64,000 nucleotides of DNA from an uncultured Clostridiaceae bacterium (GCA_964573775.1 CAZNKU010000002.1:9286-73285); one strand, 5' to 3'. Positions 9,190 through 19,245 are shown, counted from the first letter of the stretch. A program made the numbers and translations. Notes: a model not told the origin generated them from the sequence alone.

Positions 9190-9915
9190 ATGCTGCTTAA
9201 AAAGTTTGAAGACCTTGCACCCGAATTTCAAAATGAAAATGTAAAGAGATATTATGACATTTTAAAAAAGAAAACATTTGCACTTATTTTAAAAAGAACT
9301 TTTGATATAATTGCTTCGGCAATTATGCTTGTGATTTTATCGCCTGTCTTTTTGATTCTCGCAATAGCAATTAAGGTTGATTCAAAAGGCCCTGTTTTTT
9401 ACAGACAGGAGAGAATTACACAGTTTGGAAAAAAATTCAGGATTTTCAAATTCCGCACAATGGTTGCAAATGCAGACAAAATAGGCTCACTTGTTACGGT
9501 AAATAATGACAGCCGTATAACAAAGGTTGGCAGTTTTATAAGAAAGTGCAGACTTGACGAAATATGTCAGCTTATTGATATTTTCAGAGGAACAATGTCC
9601 TTTGTAGGAACACGACCTGAGGTGAAAAAATATGTGGACGCATATGCTGACGAAATGTATGCAACCTTGCTTATGCCTGCAGGGGTTACTTCACTTGCAA
9701 GTATAAAGTATAAGGATGAAGAAAAGCTTCTCTCAGGTGCAGATGATACAGACAGTACATACATAAACCGCATACTTCCTGATAAAATGAAATATAATCT
9801 GGAATATCTTGAAAAGTTCGGTTTCTTTTACGACATCAAACTTATGTTTATGACGGTTTTTGCGGTTTTGAAAAAAGAAGAGGAAGAAAAAACGGAGGAA
9901 AAAGTAAATGGATAA
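9190..9915 (+). CDS. Small bacterial sugar transferase (PglC/WcfS-like polyprenyl-phosphate priming phosphoglycosyltransferase)
   Basis: KRTFDI, one re-entrant helix, KGPVFYRQERIT..KFRTM, RPE motifs. Confidence 0.85.
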   Translation: MLLKKFEDLAPEFQNENVKRYYDILKKKTFALILKRTFDIIASAIMLVILSPVFLILAIAIKVDSKGPVFYRQERITQFGKKFRIFKFRTMVANADKIGSLVTVNNDSRITKVGSFIRKCRLDEICQLIDIFRGTMSFVGTRPEVKKYVDAYADEMYATLLMPAGVTSLASIKYKDEEKLLSGADDTDSTYINRILPDKMKYNLEYLEKFGFFYDIKLMFMTVFAVLKKEEEEKTEEKVNG

Positions 9916-10657
9916 GTTGGTTTCTATTATCACACCCACATATAATTGCGGAAAGTTTATTGCGCGCACAATAGATTCCGTATTAGCGCAGACATACATA
10001 AACTGGGAAATGGTTATTGTGGATGATTGCTCACAAGACGATACAAAAGAGGTTGTCAAAGGGTATATGGAAAAGGACAGCCGTATAAGGTACGAATGCC
10101 TTGAAAGTAATTCAGGAGCTGCAGTTGCACGGACACGCGCTATGGAACTGGCAGAAGGACAGTATATGGCTTTTTTAGACAGCGATGATATATGGAAACC
10201 CGAAAAGTTGGAAAAACAGTTGCGTTTTATGGAAGATAATAATATTAATTTTTCCTGTACCGAATATGAACAGATTGACGAAGATGACAATAAGTTTGGC
10301 AAGGTAATTAAGGTAGTGAAAAAGACTGACTATAACAGGCTTTTGCTTGATTGTCCTGTTGGAAACTCAACAGTTATGTACAATGTTGAAAAAATGGGTA
10401 AATTTGAAGTCCCCAATATCAGAAAGAGAAACGATGACGCACTGTGGCTTCAGATGCTCAAAAGAGAAAAATATATAATCGGTATGCCTGAAGTTCTTAT
10501 GGAATACCGTATACGACAAAATTCAATTTCAAGTAATAAATTTAATCTAATTAAATATCATTGGAAGTTGTATCGTGAAATTGAACATCTTAATGTATTC
10601 CGTTCAACATTTCATGTTTGCTGGTGGATTTTTCTAAAAGTTTTTAAAATAAAATAG
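9908..10657 (+). CDS. Family 2 glycosyltransferase
   Basis: SIITPTYNCGKFI and DSDD motifs; 8-nt overlap with the upstream gene. Confidence 0.8.
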   Translation: MDKLVSIITPTYNCGKFIARTIDSVLAQTYINWEMVIVDDCSQDDTKEVVKGYMEKDSRIRYECLESNSGAAVARTRAMELAEGQYMAFLDSDDIWKPEKLEKQLRFMEDNNINFSCTEYEQIDEDDNKFGKVIKVVKKTDYNRLLLDCPVGNSTVMYNVEKMGKFEVPNIRKRNDDALWLQMLKREKYIIGMPEVLMEYRIRQNSISSNKFNLIKYHWKLYREIEHLNVFRSTFHVCWWIFLKVFKIK

Positions 10658-10671
10658 TGGGGATATAAATC

Positions 10672-11607
10672 ATGAGCAAAGAAAAAGTATTGGTACTTAT
10701 GGGCGGTATTTCTACAGAAAGAGAAATATCACTAAAAAGCGGAACTGCTGTTGCAAAGGCTTTGCAGGAAGCAGGATATACAGTTGAAACACTTGATATA
10801 AATCAGAATAATGTATCTGAAATAGCAAAAATAAAACCTGATGTTTGTTACCTTGCTCTTCACGGCAAGGGCGGAGAGGACGGTTGCATCCAGGGTATGC
10901 TTGAATGGATGGGTATTCCATATACAGGTCCCGGAGTTTCGGCAAGTGCAATTTGTATGGATAAGGCACTTACTAAAAAGGTTTTGGTACAAAGTGGTAT
11001 ACCTACACCAAAGTCTTTGGAATATACAAAGGATGAATGTACAGATGTTGAAAAAATCAAAAATGAATTGATAGAAAAATTGGGTATTCCTGTTGTGTTA
11101 AAATCACCTTGTCAGGGTTCAAGCATCGGTGTTGTTATCGTACGTGACGAAGCATCTGTTGCAGACGCTATTGAAGAAGTTTTCAAATACGGCGACATTA
11201 TGCTTGCGGAACAGTTCGTTTGTGGTGTAGAAATTTCCGTTCCTGTTGTAGGCAATGAAAATCCTAAGGTTTTTCCGATTATTGAGATTGTACCTGTCAG
11301 CGAATTTTATGATTTTGAATCAAAGTATACACCTGGTATGAGTGAACATATCATACCTGCACGAATCAGCGAAAAAGCTATTGCAAACGTAAATAAGTAT
11401 GCAAAGGAAGCCTATGAAAAAACAGGTTGCAGAGGAGTTTCGAGAATAGACCTTATTATTGATGAAAATGATAACCCTTATGTTATAGAAATAAACACAA
11501 TCCCAGGTATGACCGAAACAAGCCTTGTGCCTGATTCCGCAAGATATATAGGAGTAGAATTCCCACAGCTTGTTGACAGAATTGTAAAACTTGCATTGAA
11601 AAAGTAG
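10672..11607 (+). CDS. ddl: D-alanine--D-alanine ligase (ATP-grasp)
   Basis: Full-length Ddl-like sequence: VLMGGISTEREISL, HGKGGEDG, EINTIPGMTETSL. Confidence 0.85.
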   Translation: MSKEKVLVLMGGISTEREISLKSGTAVAKALQEAGYTVETLDINQNNVSEIAKIKPDVCYLALHGKGGEDGCIQGMLEWMGIPYTGPGVSASAICMDKALTKKVLVQSGIPTPKSLEYTKDECTDVEKIKNELIEKLGIPVVLKSPCQGSSIGVVIVRDEASVADAIEEVFKYGDIMLAEQFVCGVEISVPVVGNENPKVFPIIEIVPVSEFYDFESKYTPGMSEHIIPARISEKAIANVNKYAKEAYEKTGCRGVSRIDLIIDENDNPYVIEINTIPGMTETSLVPDSARYIGVEFPQLVDRIVKLALKK

Positions 11608-11627
11608 TTTTCATAAAAAGGATTTTA

Positions 11628-12692
11628 ATGTACCAGAGAGGGTTTGATAAAGTGAAAAAAATTTGTGTTATAGGGCATTTTGCTTTTGGTAAAACAATGC
11701 TTAACGGTCAAACCGTAAAAACAAAAATTTTATCTGACGAACTTGATAGGATATATGGCTCAGAAAATGTAGGGAAGATAGATACTCATGGTAATAAGCT
11801 TAAAATGGCATGGTATGTTTTAAAGGCAATGTTCGGTATGTTTTGTTACAAAAACATAATTATTTTGCCTGCCCATAACGGAGTGCGTGTTTTTGTACCG
11901 GTGCTTTCTGCACTTAGAAGAATTTCAAAATGCAAACTTCACTATGCTGTTGTAGGCGGTTGGCTTGCAGATTACATAAAGGATAAGGACAAAGTAAAAA
12001 AGAGCCTTTTCAAGTTTGACGGTGTGTATGTGGAAACAACTGCCATGAAAAATGCACTCAATGAAATGGGTTATGGCAATGTATTTGTCATGCCAAACTG
12101 CAAAAATTTAAATATCTTAAAAGAGGAAGAGCTTGTTTATAATACTGAAAAACCTTATAAGCTGTGTACCTTTTCTCGTGTTATGAAGGAAAAGGGTATA
12201 GAGGATGCCATTAATGCTGTTAAGGCAGTAAATGAAAAATACGGTGAAACAATCTATACGCTTGATATTTATGGACAGGTTGATGCAGGCCAAATAGAAT
12301 GGTTTGAAAATTTACAAGCCAATTTTCCCGATTATGTAAAATATGGGGGGTTAGTCCCTTTTGATAAAAGTGAGGAAGTGCTGAAAAATTATTTTGCTCT
12401 TTTGTTCCCTACCAATTATTACACAGAAGGGATACCGGGAACTATTATAGATGCTTATGCGGCAGGAATTCCCGTAATTTCTGCAAAATGGGAAAATTAT
12501 AAAGATATTGTTATTGAAAATAACACAGGCTTGTTGTTTGAAATGCAGAACAACGAGGAATTTACAGAAAAACTTACAGAAGTTTGTGGGAATGTTGATA
12601 AATTAAATTCCTTGAAAGTAAATTGTCTTAAAGAGTCAGAAAAATATTTGCCGAAAAATGTTTTGGATTTGCTTATTAAAAATTTAAGATAG
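11628..12692 (+). CDS. GT4-type (GT-B) glycosyltransferase
   Basis: C-terminal EGIPGTIIDAYAAGIPVI retaining-GT motif. Confidence 0.7.
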   Translation: MYQRGFDKVKKICVIGHFAFGKTMLNGQTVKTKILSDELDRIYGSENVGKIDTHGNKLKMAWYVLKAMFGMFCYKNIIILPAHNGVRVFVPVLSALRRISKCKLHYAVVGGWLADYIKDKDKVKKSLFKFDGVYVETTAMKNALNEMGYGNVFVMPNCKNLNILKEEELVYNTEKPYKLCTFSRVMKEKGIEDAINAVKAVNEKYGETIYTLDIYGQVDAGQIEWFENLQANFPDYVKYGGLVPFDKSEEVLKNYFALLFPTNYYTEGIPGTIIDAYAAGIPVISAKWENYKDIVIENNTGLLFEMQNNEEFTEKLTEVCGNVDKLNSLKVNCLKESEKYLPKNVLDLLIKNLR

Positions 12693-12705
12693 AGGTGTTT
12701 TTGCT

Positions 12706-13221
12706 ATGTGGAATATAAAAACCAGAATATGGTATATATTATATAAAATATCTGCGGCAAGCTTACCCGAAAGTCGTCACTTTGGGTTTGCAAAAAAGGC
12801 TCGTGGTTTTTACGCTCGCAAGATAGCCGCCTTTGTGGGCAGAAATGTTAATATTGAAAAGAATGCATATTTTACTCCCGGTTTGCGTATAGGTAATAAT
12901 TCGGGAGTAGGTATCCGTTGTGAAGTCAATGGAGAGGTTACAATTGGCAACGATGTAATGATGGGACCGGAGGTTGTTATTTATACTTCATCTCATGCCC
13001 ATGACCGAATAGACATACCGATGATCGAACAAGGCTCACAAGAAACCAAGCCTGTAATTATAGGCAATGATGTGTGGATAGGACGGCGCGCCATAATTAT
13101 GCCCGGTGTAAACATCGGCAACGGATGTATTATAGGTGCCGGTGCAGTTGTTACAAAAGATGTTCCTGATTATTGTATAGTTGGTGGAGTGCCTGCTAAA
13201 ATAGTTAAAAGGAGACAATAA
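12706..13221 (+). CDS. Left-handed beta-helix (hexapeptide) O-acyltransferase
   Basis: Hexapeptide repeats IGNDVWIGRRAIIMPGVNIGNGCIIGAGAVV, MAT/WcaF-like. Confidence 0.75.
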   Translation: MWNIKTRIWYILYKISAASLPESRHFGFAKKARGFYARKIAAFVGRNVNIEKNAYFTPGLRIGNNSGVGIRCEVNGEVTIGNDVMMGPEVVIYTSSHAHDRIDIPMIEQGSQETKPVIIGNDVWIGRRAIIMPGVNIGNGCIIGAGAVVTKDVPDYCIVGGVPAKIVKRRQ

Positions 13222-13223
13222 AA

Positions 13224-14324
13224 ATGAAAAGACTTTTATGTATTGTAAGTAATATGAATGCAGGCGGTGCAGAAACATTTTTAATGAAATTATTTCGTAA
13301 TATAGACCGAACACAATATATGATGGATTTTTGTGTTAATAGAAAGGACACCTGTTTTTACGAAGAAGAAATATATAAATTGGGTGGTAAAATTTTTGAA
13401 ATACCCTCAAAATCAGATAATTTAAAAGCTTTCAAAAAAGCACTTTTCAAATTGGTAAAAGAAGAAAAATATGAATATGTTTTAAGAATAACTTCTAATA
13501 CTGTGGGATTTATGGACTTGAAGATAGCAAAAAAAGCGGGGGCGAAGGTTTGCAGTGCACGTTCCAGCAATTCCAGTGACGGAGGTAGTTTGAAAAGTTT
13601 ACTTGTACATAAACTTGGGCGTTTGTTATATGGTAAATATGTTGATGTAAAGTTTGCGCCTTCTGACCTTGCCGCTAAATACACTTTCGGCAAAAAGGCT
13701 TATGAAAATGGAGTGGCCAAAATTTTGCACAATGCGATTGATTTAGATGTGTTTTCATATAAGGCAGATGGAAGAGACAGAGTTCGTGAAGAATTTAAAA
13801 TAAATGATAATACCATAGTCGTTGGTCATATGGGCCGTTTTATGACACAGAAAAATCATATGTTTTTATTGGATATTTTTGATGAGTATCATAAAAAGCA
13901 TAAGAATAGTGTTTTGATGCTTGTCGGCAAAGGGGAACTTGAACAGCAGATTAAGGGAAAAATTGCTGATAAAGGATTGACCGATTCGGTTATATTTACC
14001 GGTGTTCGTTCTGATGTACCTGATGTTTTTTCTGCTATGGATGTTTTTGTAATGCCTTCTTTATATGAGGGTATGCCAAATGTTGTTATTGAAGCACAGG
14101 CTACAGGTCTTCCGTGCATTATAGCTGATACTATTACCAAGGAAGCAGATATAACAGGATTAGTTAGTTATATGTCTTTACAAACCTCTGCAAAAGAATG
14201 GGCAGAGAAAGTTGGTAAATCCATAAATACGGAAAGAGTAGATACAAAAGAGAATTTTATAAAAAATGGCTATGATATTAGAGGCGTTGCTGACGAATTT
14301 ATCAAATTGGTATTTGGAGAGTGA
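13224..14324 (+). CDS. GT4-type glycosyltransferase
   Basis: N-terminal GGAE motif and EGMPNVVIEAQATGLPCI motif. Confidence 0.8.
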   Translation: MKRLLCIVSNMNAGGAETFLMKLFRNIDRTQYMMDFCVNRKDTCFYEEEIYKLGGKIFEIPSKSDNLKAFKKALFKLVKEEKYEYVLRITSNTVGFMDLKIAKKAGAKVCSARSSNSSDGGSLKSLLVHKLGRLLYGKYVDVKFAPSDLAAKYTFGKKAYENGVAKILHNAIDLDVFSYKADGRDRVREEFKINDNTIVVGHMGRFMTQKNHMFLLDIFDEYHKKHKNSVLMLVGKGELEQQIKGKIADKGLTDSVIFTGVRSDVPDVFSAMDVFVMPSLYEGMPNVVIEAQATGLPCIIADTITKEADITGLVSYMSLQTSAKEWAEKVGKSINTERVDTKENFIKNGYDIRGVADEFIKLVFGE

Positions 14325-14329
14325 AATAT

Positions 14330-15418
14330 ATGAAGCATATATTATTTGCAATCGGTTCACTTTATGGCGGTGGTGCAGAACGAGTTGTTTCGGTATGGTC
14401 AAGCAGACTTGCGAAAAAAGGGTATAAAGTTTCTGTCTTAGTGTATTCCAGAATGGAAAATGAATATCCGATTGACAACAAAGTAGAAGTGTATACTATT
14501 GCAAAATCTCAAAAAGAATGTAACGATATGTCTATTTTATCAAGGTTAAGATTGTTCAGGAAAAAGCTAAAAGAAATTAAACCTGATGTCGTTATAAGTT
14601 TTTTACCGATTATGCAAATATATGTTAGAATTGCGTGTATCGGACTACATATTCCCAGAATAGAAACAGTCAGAAATAATCCATGGGAAATTGAAAAAGG
14701 ACTAAATGCAATATACTCTAAACTATGGTTAAATTGTTTTAAAACCTGTAATGCTTTTATAGTACAAACAGGAGACCAGAAACTTTTTTTTGATAAGAAG
14801 GTGCAGGATAAAGCTGTAGTTATTCCCAATTCGATAAATGAATCATATTTGCAAAGCCATAAGACAGAATATAATGATAATTCTCATAAAATTATTGCAG
14901 CGGGCAGGCTTACTTTACAAAAGAACTATAAAATGATGATTGATGCTGTAAAAACGGCATCACAGAAATATGTGGATATAACCCTTGAAATATATGGTGT
15001 TGGAGAGCTTTACGATGAACTTAACGATTACATAAATGAACAGGGTTTATCCGATAAAATAACTCTTATGGGAAGAAGTGACAGTTTGTACAAGCTGTAT
15101 CCGGAGCGGGATTTGTATTTGATGAGTTCGGACTACGAAGGTATGCCAAATGCTTTGGCTGAGGCTATGGCAGTAGGACTTCCTTGTATTTCGACGGATT
15201 GCAAAACCGGACCACGGGATTTGATTGAAAATGGAGAAAATGGGTATTTGGTTGAAGTGGGAAATGCAGGTGTTATGGCAGAAAAAATTGTGGAATTTTT
15301 CGAACTTTCTGGCGATGGCCAAAAGATAATTGGTGAGAATGCAAGGAAAAAAATAATTGATTTTTGCAGTGAAAAAAATAGTATGTCAAAGCTAATACAA
15401 TTAATTGAGGCGATTTAA
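14330..15418 (+). CDS. GT4-type glycosyltransferase (ORF opens at GTG 14321; the ATG at 14330 has the better RBS spacing)
   Basis: GGGAERV and EGMPNALAEAMAVGLPCI motifs. Confidence 0.8.
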   Translation: MKHILFAIGSLYGGGAERVVSVWSSRLAKKGYKVSVLVYSRMENEYPIDNKVEVYTIAKSQKECNDMSILSRLRLFRKKLKEIKPDVVISFLPIMQIYVRIACIGLHIPRIETVRNNPWEIEKGLNAIYSKLWLNCFKTCNAFIVQTGDQKLFFDKKVQDKAVVIPNSINESYLQSHKTEYNDNSHKIIAAGRLTLQKNYKMMIDAVKTASQKYVDITLEIYGVGELYDELNDYINEQGLSDKITLMGRSDSLYKLYPERDLYLMSSDYEGMPNALAEAMAVGLPCISTDCKTGPRDLIENGENGYLVEVGNAGVMAEKIVEFFELSGDGQKIIGENARKKIIDFCSEKNSMSKLIQLIEAI

Positions 15419-15442
15419 ATATATTGTGAGAGGAGAAGGTAA

Positions 15443-16708
15443 GTGAATTATTGTATAAAAGAAAAAAATGGGAAAAGCATACTAGAGTCTAAAAATGGCA
15501 TAAATAATTTTCTTGCCTTTGCAACACTTTTGCTTTTAGTCTTATCCCAAAATAAGGATTGGGGAAGCACTAGCTTTTTGTGGTGGGGTGCAGTAGGGCT
15601 ATTTATGGTTACGGTTGTTCTTTCAAATAATTTAAAGTTTTATTTGGATGTTGGATATACAACCTGGGTTGTATCGTTTTTACTTATATGCTTTTTTTCA
15701 TTAATGTGGGCAGTTGACACTACTCCTGTTATAAATTCATTAAAAAATCTATTAGTCCATTTTACTATATTAATATTATTACGTTCTTCAATAAGAACGC
15801 GTGAAGATATTGAAACTGTATTTAAAGTTATAGTTTTGTCGGTTGTTATTAATTCTGCTTATCTTCTTTTTATTAGTTCAAGTGTTTTAGAACAGGCAAA
15901 AATGGTGGAGAGTGGGGCAGCCAGACTGGGCGAAGAAGGTGCCTGGAATGCCAACGGAATAGGGTTTATGACTTCAAATGCTGTGTTGATTTCCTTGTTT
16001 TTTTTCAAAAAAACCAAGAAAAATTATGTGAAGTTAATTAATATTTGTATAATTGTATTGACTTGTGTGGTTACTTTGTTGACCGGATCGCGTACTGCGA
16101 TTCTAAAAGTTGCTGCAGGTTTAGCATTGTTTACATATTTTAGTTATAATGGTAAACGGTTTAAAGCAGTGTTAATTATTTTGATTCTGTTGATTGTACT
16201 ATACTGTGTTATGATGTATGTGCCCTTATTTTACTCTATTATCGGTTGGAGAATGGAAGGGTTGTTTGCAATGTTTACAGGTGTAGGTGAAATTGAATCC
16301 AGTGCTGATATACGCGATAAATTTATAGGAGATGCAATAGAAAGATGGAAGGAAAGGCCAATTTTAGGTTATGGGCTTGATTGTTACAGAAGGGTTAATA
16401 CAATAAAACAAAATTATTATTCCCATAATAATTTTGTTGAATTGTTGGCTGATTTAGGTGTGGTAGGATTTATTGCATTCTATATTGCACACATAAAGAA
16501 TTTGTTTATATTATTCAAATTCAAAAAGGATGATAGTATGAAGTGGTTTTTGATTACAGCTATTATTGTGGTGCTGCTTTCTGACTATGGTACAATTTCA
16601 TACCATAACCTTTTGACTATGTCATTGATTATGTTGTCTTTCGCATATATTACAATTTGCAAAAGGGAGGAACAAAAATATGATATCGAGAATCAAAGCG
16701 ATGTATAG
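15443..16708 (+). CDS. wzy: O-antigen polymerase/ligase-family membrane protein (Wzy-like)
   Basis: About 10-12 TM segments with a large loop containing GSRTA and HNNFVELLADLG, as in Wzy_C. Confidence 0.6.
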   Translation: MNYCIKEKNGKSILESKNGINNFLAFATLLLLVLSQNKDWGSTSFLWWGAVGLFMVTVVLSNNLKFYLDVGYTTWVVSFLLICFFSLMWAVDTTPVINSLKNLLVHFTILILLRSSIRTREDIETVFKVIVLSVVINSAYLLFISSSVLEQAKMVESGAARLGEEGAWNANGIGFMTSNAVLISLFFFKKTKKNYVKLINICIIVLTCVVTLLTGSRTAILKVAAGLALFTYFSYNGKRFKAVLIILILLIVLYCVMMYVPLFYSIIGWRMEGLFAMFTGVGEIESSADIRDKFIGDAIERWKERPILGYGLDCYRRVNTIKQNYYSHNNFVELLADLGVVGFIAFYIAHIKNLFILFKFKKDDSMKWFLITAIIVVLLSDYGTISYHNLLTMSLIMLSFAYITICKREEQKYDIENQSDV

Positions 16709-17225
16709 AGTATTTAAAGGGCCGTTTAAATGTGCCGTTGAAAATGGGCTTAAGGTCGGGAAGAATGTAAGTTTTGGCGCCAACATTAATTGGGGTTCAG
16801 AACCATATCTGATTACAATTAAAGACAATGTAAGGTTATCAAGCAATATTGTGTTTTTAACTCATGATGGAGGTTCACATGCCTTCAGGGATAAGGATAT
16901 CTATAAGGGTGTAAACAAGTTTGGCAAAATTGTAGTAGAAGAGCATTCATTTATAGGTACTAATGCGATAATTATGCCAAATGTTCGTATAGGTAAACGA
17001 AGTGTTGTAGGTGCAGGCGCAGTTGTTACCAAAAGCGTACCTGACGATTGTGTTGTTGCAGGTATTCCTGCAAGAATTATATGTTCTACTTCCGAGTATG
17101 CAGATAAAATGAAAAGTATGCAAGCAGATTTGGGATGGGATGCCAAAAACTATATGGCAAATAAAAAGGACTATTTGATTAATAATATTCCAGAACCGCC
17201 TGTTGGAAATATTAATAACAAATAA
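16680..17225 (+). CDS. Hexapeptide-repeat acyltransferase
   Basis: IGTNAIIMPNVRIGKRSVVGAGAVV repeats; GGGAGG RBS; 29-nt overlap with wzy. Confidence 0.7.
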   Translation: MISRIKAMYRVFKGPFKCAVENGLKVGKNVSFGANINWGSEPYLITIKDNVRLSSNIVFLTHDGGSHAFRDKDIYKGVNKFGKIVVEEHSFIGTNAIIMPNVRIGKRSVVGAGAVVTKSVPDDCVVAGIPARIICSTSEYADKMKSMQADLGWDAKNYMANKKDYLINNIPEPPVGNINNK

Positions 17226-17235
17226 CGGAGGAAAA

Positions 17236-18126
17236 ATGAATAGTTTTATAAAAGATTTTATATTTAAATTAAATCAAAGAGGTTATTTAAACTTTTTGTC
17301 TGACAAAGCATTTTTGAAATTGATGTTTCGGGTTAGAATGGATAAAAAATTAAACCTAAAAAATCCACAGACGTATAACGAAAAATTACAATGGCTAAAG
17401 CTTTATGACAGAAATATTGAATATTCAAAGCTTATTGATAAGTATGAAGTAAAAAAATACGTGGCTGATTTAATTGGTGATGAATATGTAATTAAAACTT
17501 TGGGTGTATGGGATAATTTTGATGATATAGATTTTGATAAATTGCCCAAGCAGTTTGTTTTAAAGTGTACTCATGACAGTGGTGGTCTTGTAATTTGTGA
17601 TGATAAAGAAAAACTTGATATAAATGAAGCTAAGGCAAAAATAGAAAGCTGTTTGAAAAAAGATTATTACAAACACGGACGAGAATGGGTTTATAAAAAT
17701 GTAAGCCATCGTATAATTGCAGAGGAATATATGAAGGATAGTAAGACCAATGAGTTGCGTGACTATAAATTCTTTGCTTTCGATGGTGAGGTAAAGGCGG
17801 TATTTATTGCTACTGACAGGCAGCTTAAGGATGAGGAAACCAAATTCGATTTTTATGATGATAAATTTAATCATTTGCCGTTTACCAATGGACATCCTAA
17901 TGCAGATGTGCCTCCTGAAAAACCGGAAAATTTTGAAAAGATGAAGGAACTTGCATCAATCCTTTCAAAAGGCTTGCCCCATGCAAGGGTAGATTTCTAT
18001 GAGGTTGATGGTAAAATTTATTTTGGTGAAATTACCTTTTTCCATTGGAGCGGTATGGTGCCTTTTGAACCTGAAGAGTGGGATTATACTTTTGGTTCAT
18101 GGATAAAATTACCTGAGAAACGATAA
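17236..18126 (+). CDS. TupA-like ATP-grasp amidoligase
   Basis: NPQTYNEKLQWLKLYD, FVLKCTHDSGG, DYKFFAFDGE, RVDFYEVDGKIYFGEITF match the ATPgrasp_TupA family as I recall it. Confidence 0.7.
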   Translation: MNSFIKDFIFKLNQRGYLNFLSDKAFLKLMFRVRMDKKLNLKNPQTYNEKLQWLKLYDRNIEYSKLIDKYEVKKYVADLIGDEYVIKTLGVWDNFDDIDFDKLPKQFVLKCTHDSGGLVICDDKEKLDINEAKAKIESCLKKDYYKHGREWVYKNVSHRIIAEEYMKDSKTNELRDYKFFAFDGEVKAVFIATDRQLKDEETKFDFYDDKFNHLPFTNGHPNADVPPEKPENFEKMKELASILSKGLPHARVDFYEVDGKIYFGEITFFHWSGMVPFEPEEWDYTFGSWIKLPEKR

Positions 18127-18138
18127 CAAGGAGTTGTA

Positions 18139-19245
18139 TTGTATATGAGAGCATTGTTGGGCAAAATATGGCGAAATTTTAATGAAAAGAGAATTTTAAG
18201 AAAAGCGCTTAGAAGCAGAGTAAAAAAAATGAAGGACAGGCGTCGCCAGGAAATTGCAAACAAATATATTTTAACTAAAGAACAAGAAAAGCAAATTGAT
18301 AAGTTATATCTCAGTACATATGGAAAAAAAATCCCCTATGATTGGCATAAGTTTTATTCGGCATATACAAAAAACTTTGATGTAAATTATATTCCTGAAT
18401 TGATTTTTTTACCAATAATAGAGAAAAAATTCAACAATCAGAAATATGTGTCGGCATTTTCCGATAAAAACTTGTTACCATTTTATGTTAGCGGATTAGA
18501 AAATGTAAAAACCCCGAAAATATTTTTATCTTCCGCAAATGGTTTTTATAGAGATGAAAATTATAATTTGATTACCAAGGATCAGGCAATCAATTTGCTT
18601 TCAAATCTTCGTTGTTTTGGAAAACCGACTGTTGATTCCAATTCGGGCAATATGTGTGCTGTATATAACTTCGAAAATGGTATAGATATAATTTCCAAAA
18701 AGACCGTAGAACAAGTTATTGATAATATGGGAAAGAATTTTTGTTTCCAGGAACTTATTTCTAATTGCGAAAGTGTCAGAAGGTTGCATGAAAATAGCTT
18801 GAATACATTTAGAATTACTACTTATTTGTGGAATGATAAGGTTTGGCATGCGCCGATGGTTATGAGAATTGGGCAAGGAAATTCGCTTCTTGATAATGTC
18901 CATCAGGGTGGGATGTTTATTGGCGTTTCTGATAGCGGAGAATTAGCCGAATGTGCCTTCACAGAATTCCTGGACAAATTTTATGTTCATCCTGATTCTA
19001 AAATAGAATTTAAAGGCTATTGTGTTCCAGAAGCAAAAAAAGCTCTTGAGGCTGTAAAAAAGATTCATCAAAGAATACCACAGATGGGATTAGTGGCATG
19101 GGATGTAATTGTAAATGAAAAAGAAGAAGTAGTCGTTATTGAGATGAATGTTTTTGGACAGGGACCCGAAGCATCACAAAAGGCGAATGGTCAAGGACTG
19201 TTTGGCGAAAATACGGCAGAAATTTTGACTTGGATAGGAAAATAA
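18139..19245 (+). CDS. Sugar-transfer-associated ATP-grasp protein (ATPgrasp_ST-like)
   Basis: FRITTY, NVHQGGMFIGV, VAWDVIV..VVIEMN pattern; start ambiguous (TTG 18139 or ATG 18145). Confidence 0.55.
   Translation: MYMRALLGKIWRNFNEKRILRKALRSRVKKMKDRRRQEIANKYILTKEQEKQIDKLYLSTYGKKIPYDWHKFYSAYTKNFDVNYIPELIFLPIIEKKFNNQKYVSAFSDKNLLPFYVSGLENVKTPKIFLSSANGFYRDENYNLITKDQAINLLSNLRCFGKPTVDSNSGNMCAVYNFENGIDIISKKTVEQVIDNMGKNFCFQELISNCESVRRLHENSLNTFRITTYLWNDKVWHAPMVMRIGQGNSLLDNVHQGGMFIGVSDSGELAECAFTEFLDKFYVHPDSKIEFKGYCVPEAKKALEAVKKIHQRIPQMGLVAWDVIVNEKEEVVVIEMNVFGQGPEASQKANGQGLFGENTAEILTWIGK

Noticed and set aside
15998-16013. T8 followed by A7 inside wzy, plus other A8/T8 runs in glycan genes (for example 14784-14791, about 18222-18229, about 19992-19999), considered as phase-variation switches
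   Set aside because: Phe/Lys codon runs of this length are expected by chance in a genome this AT-rich. All of these genes are in frame. There is no evidence of variation from a single sequence.
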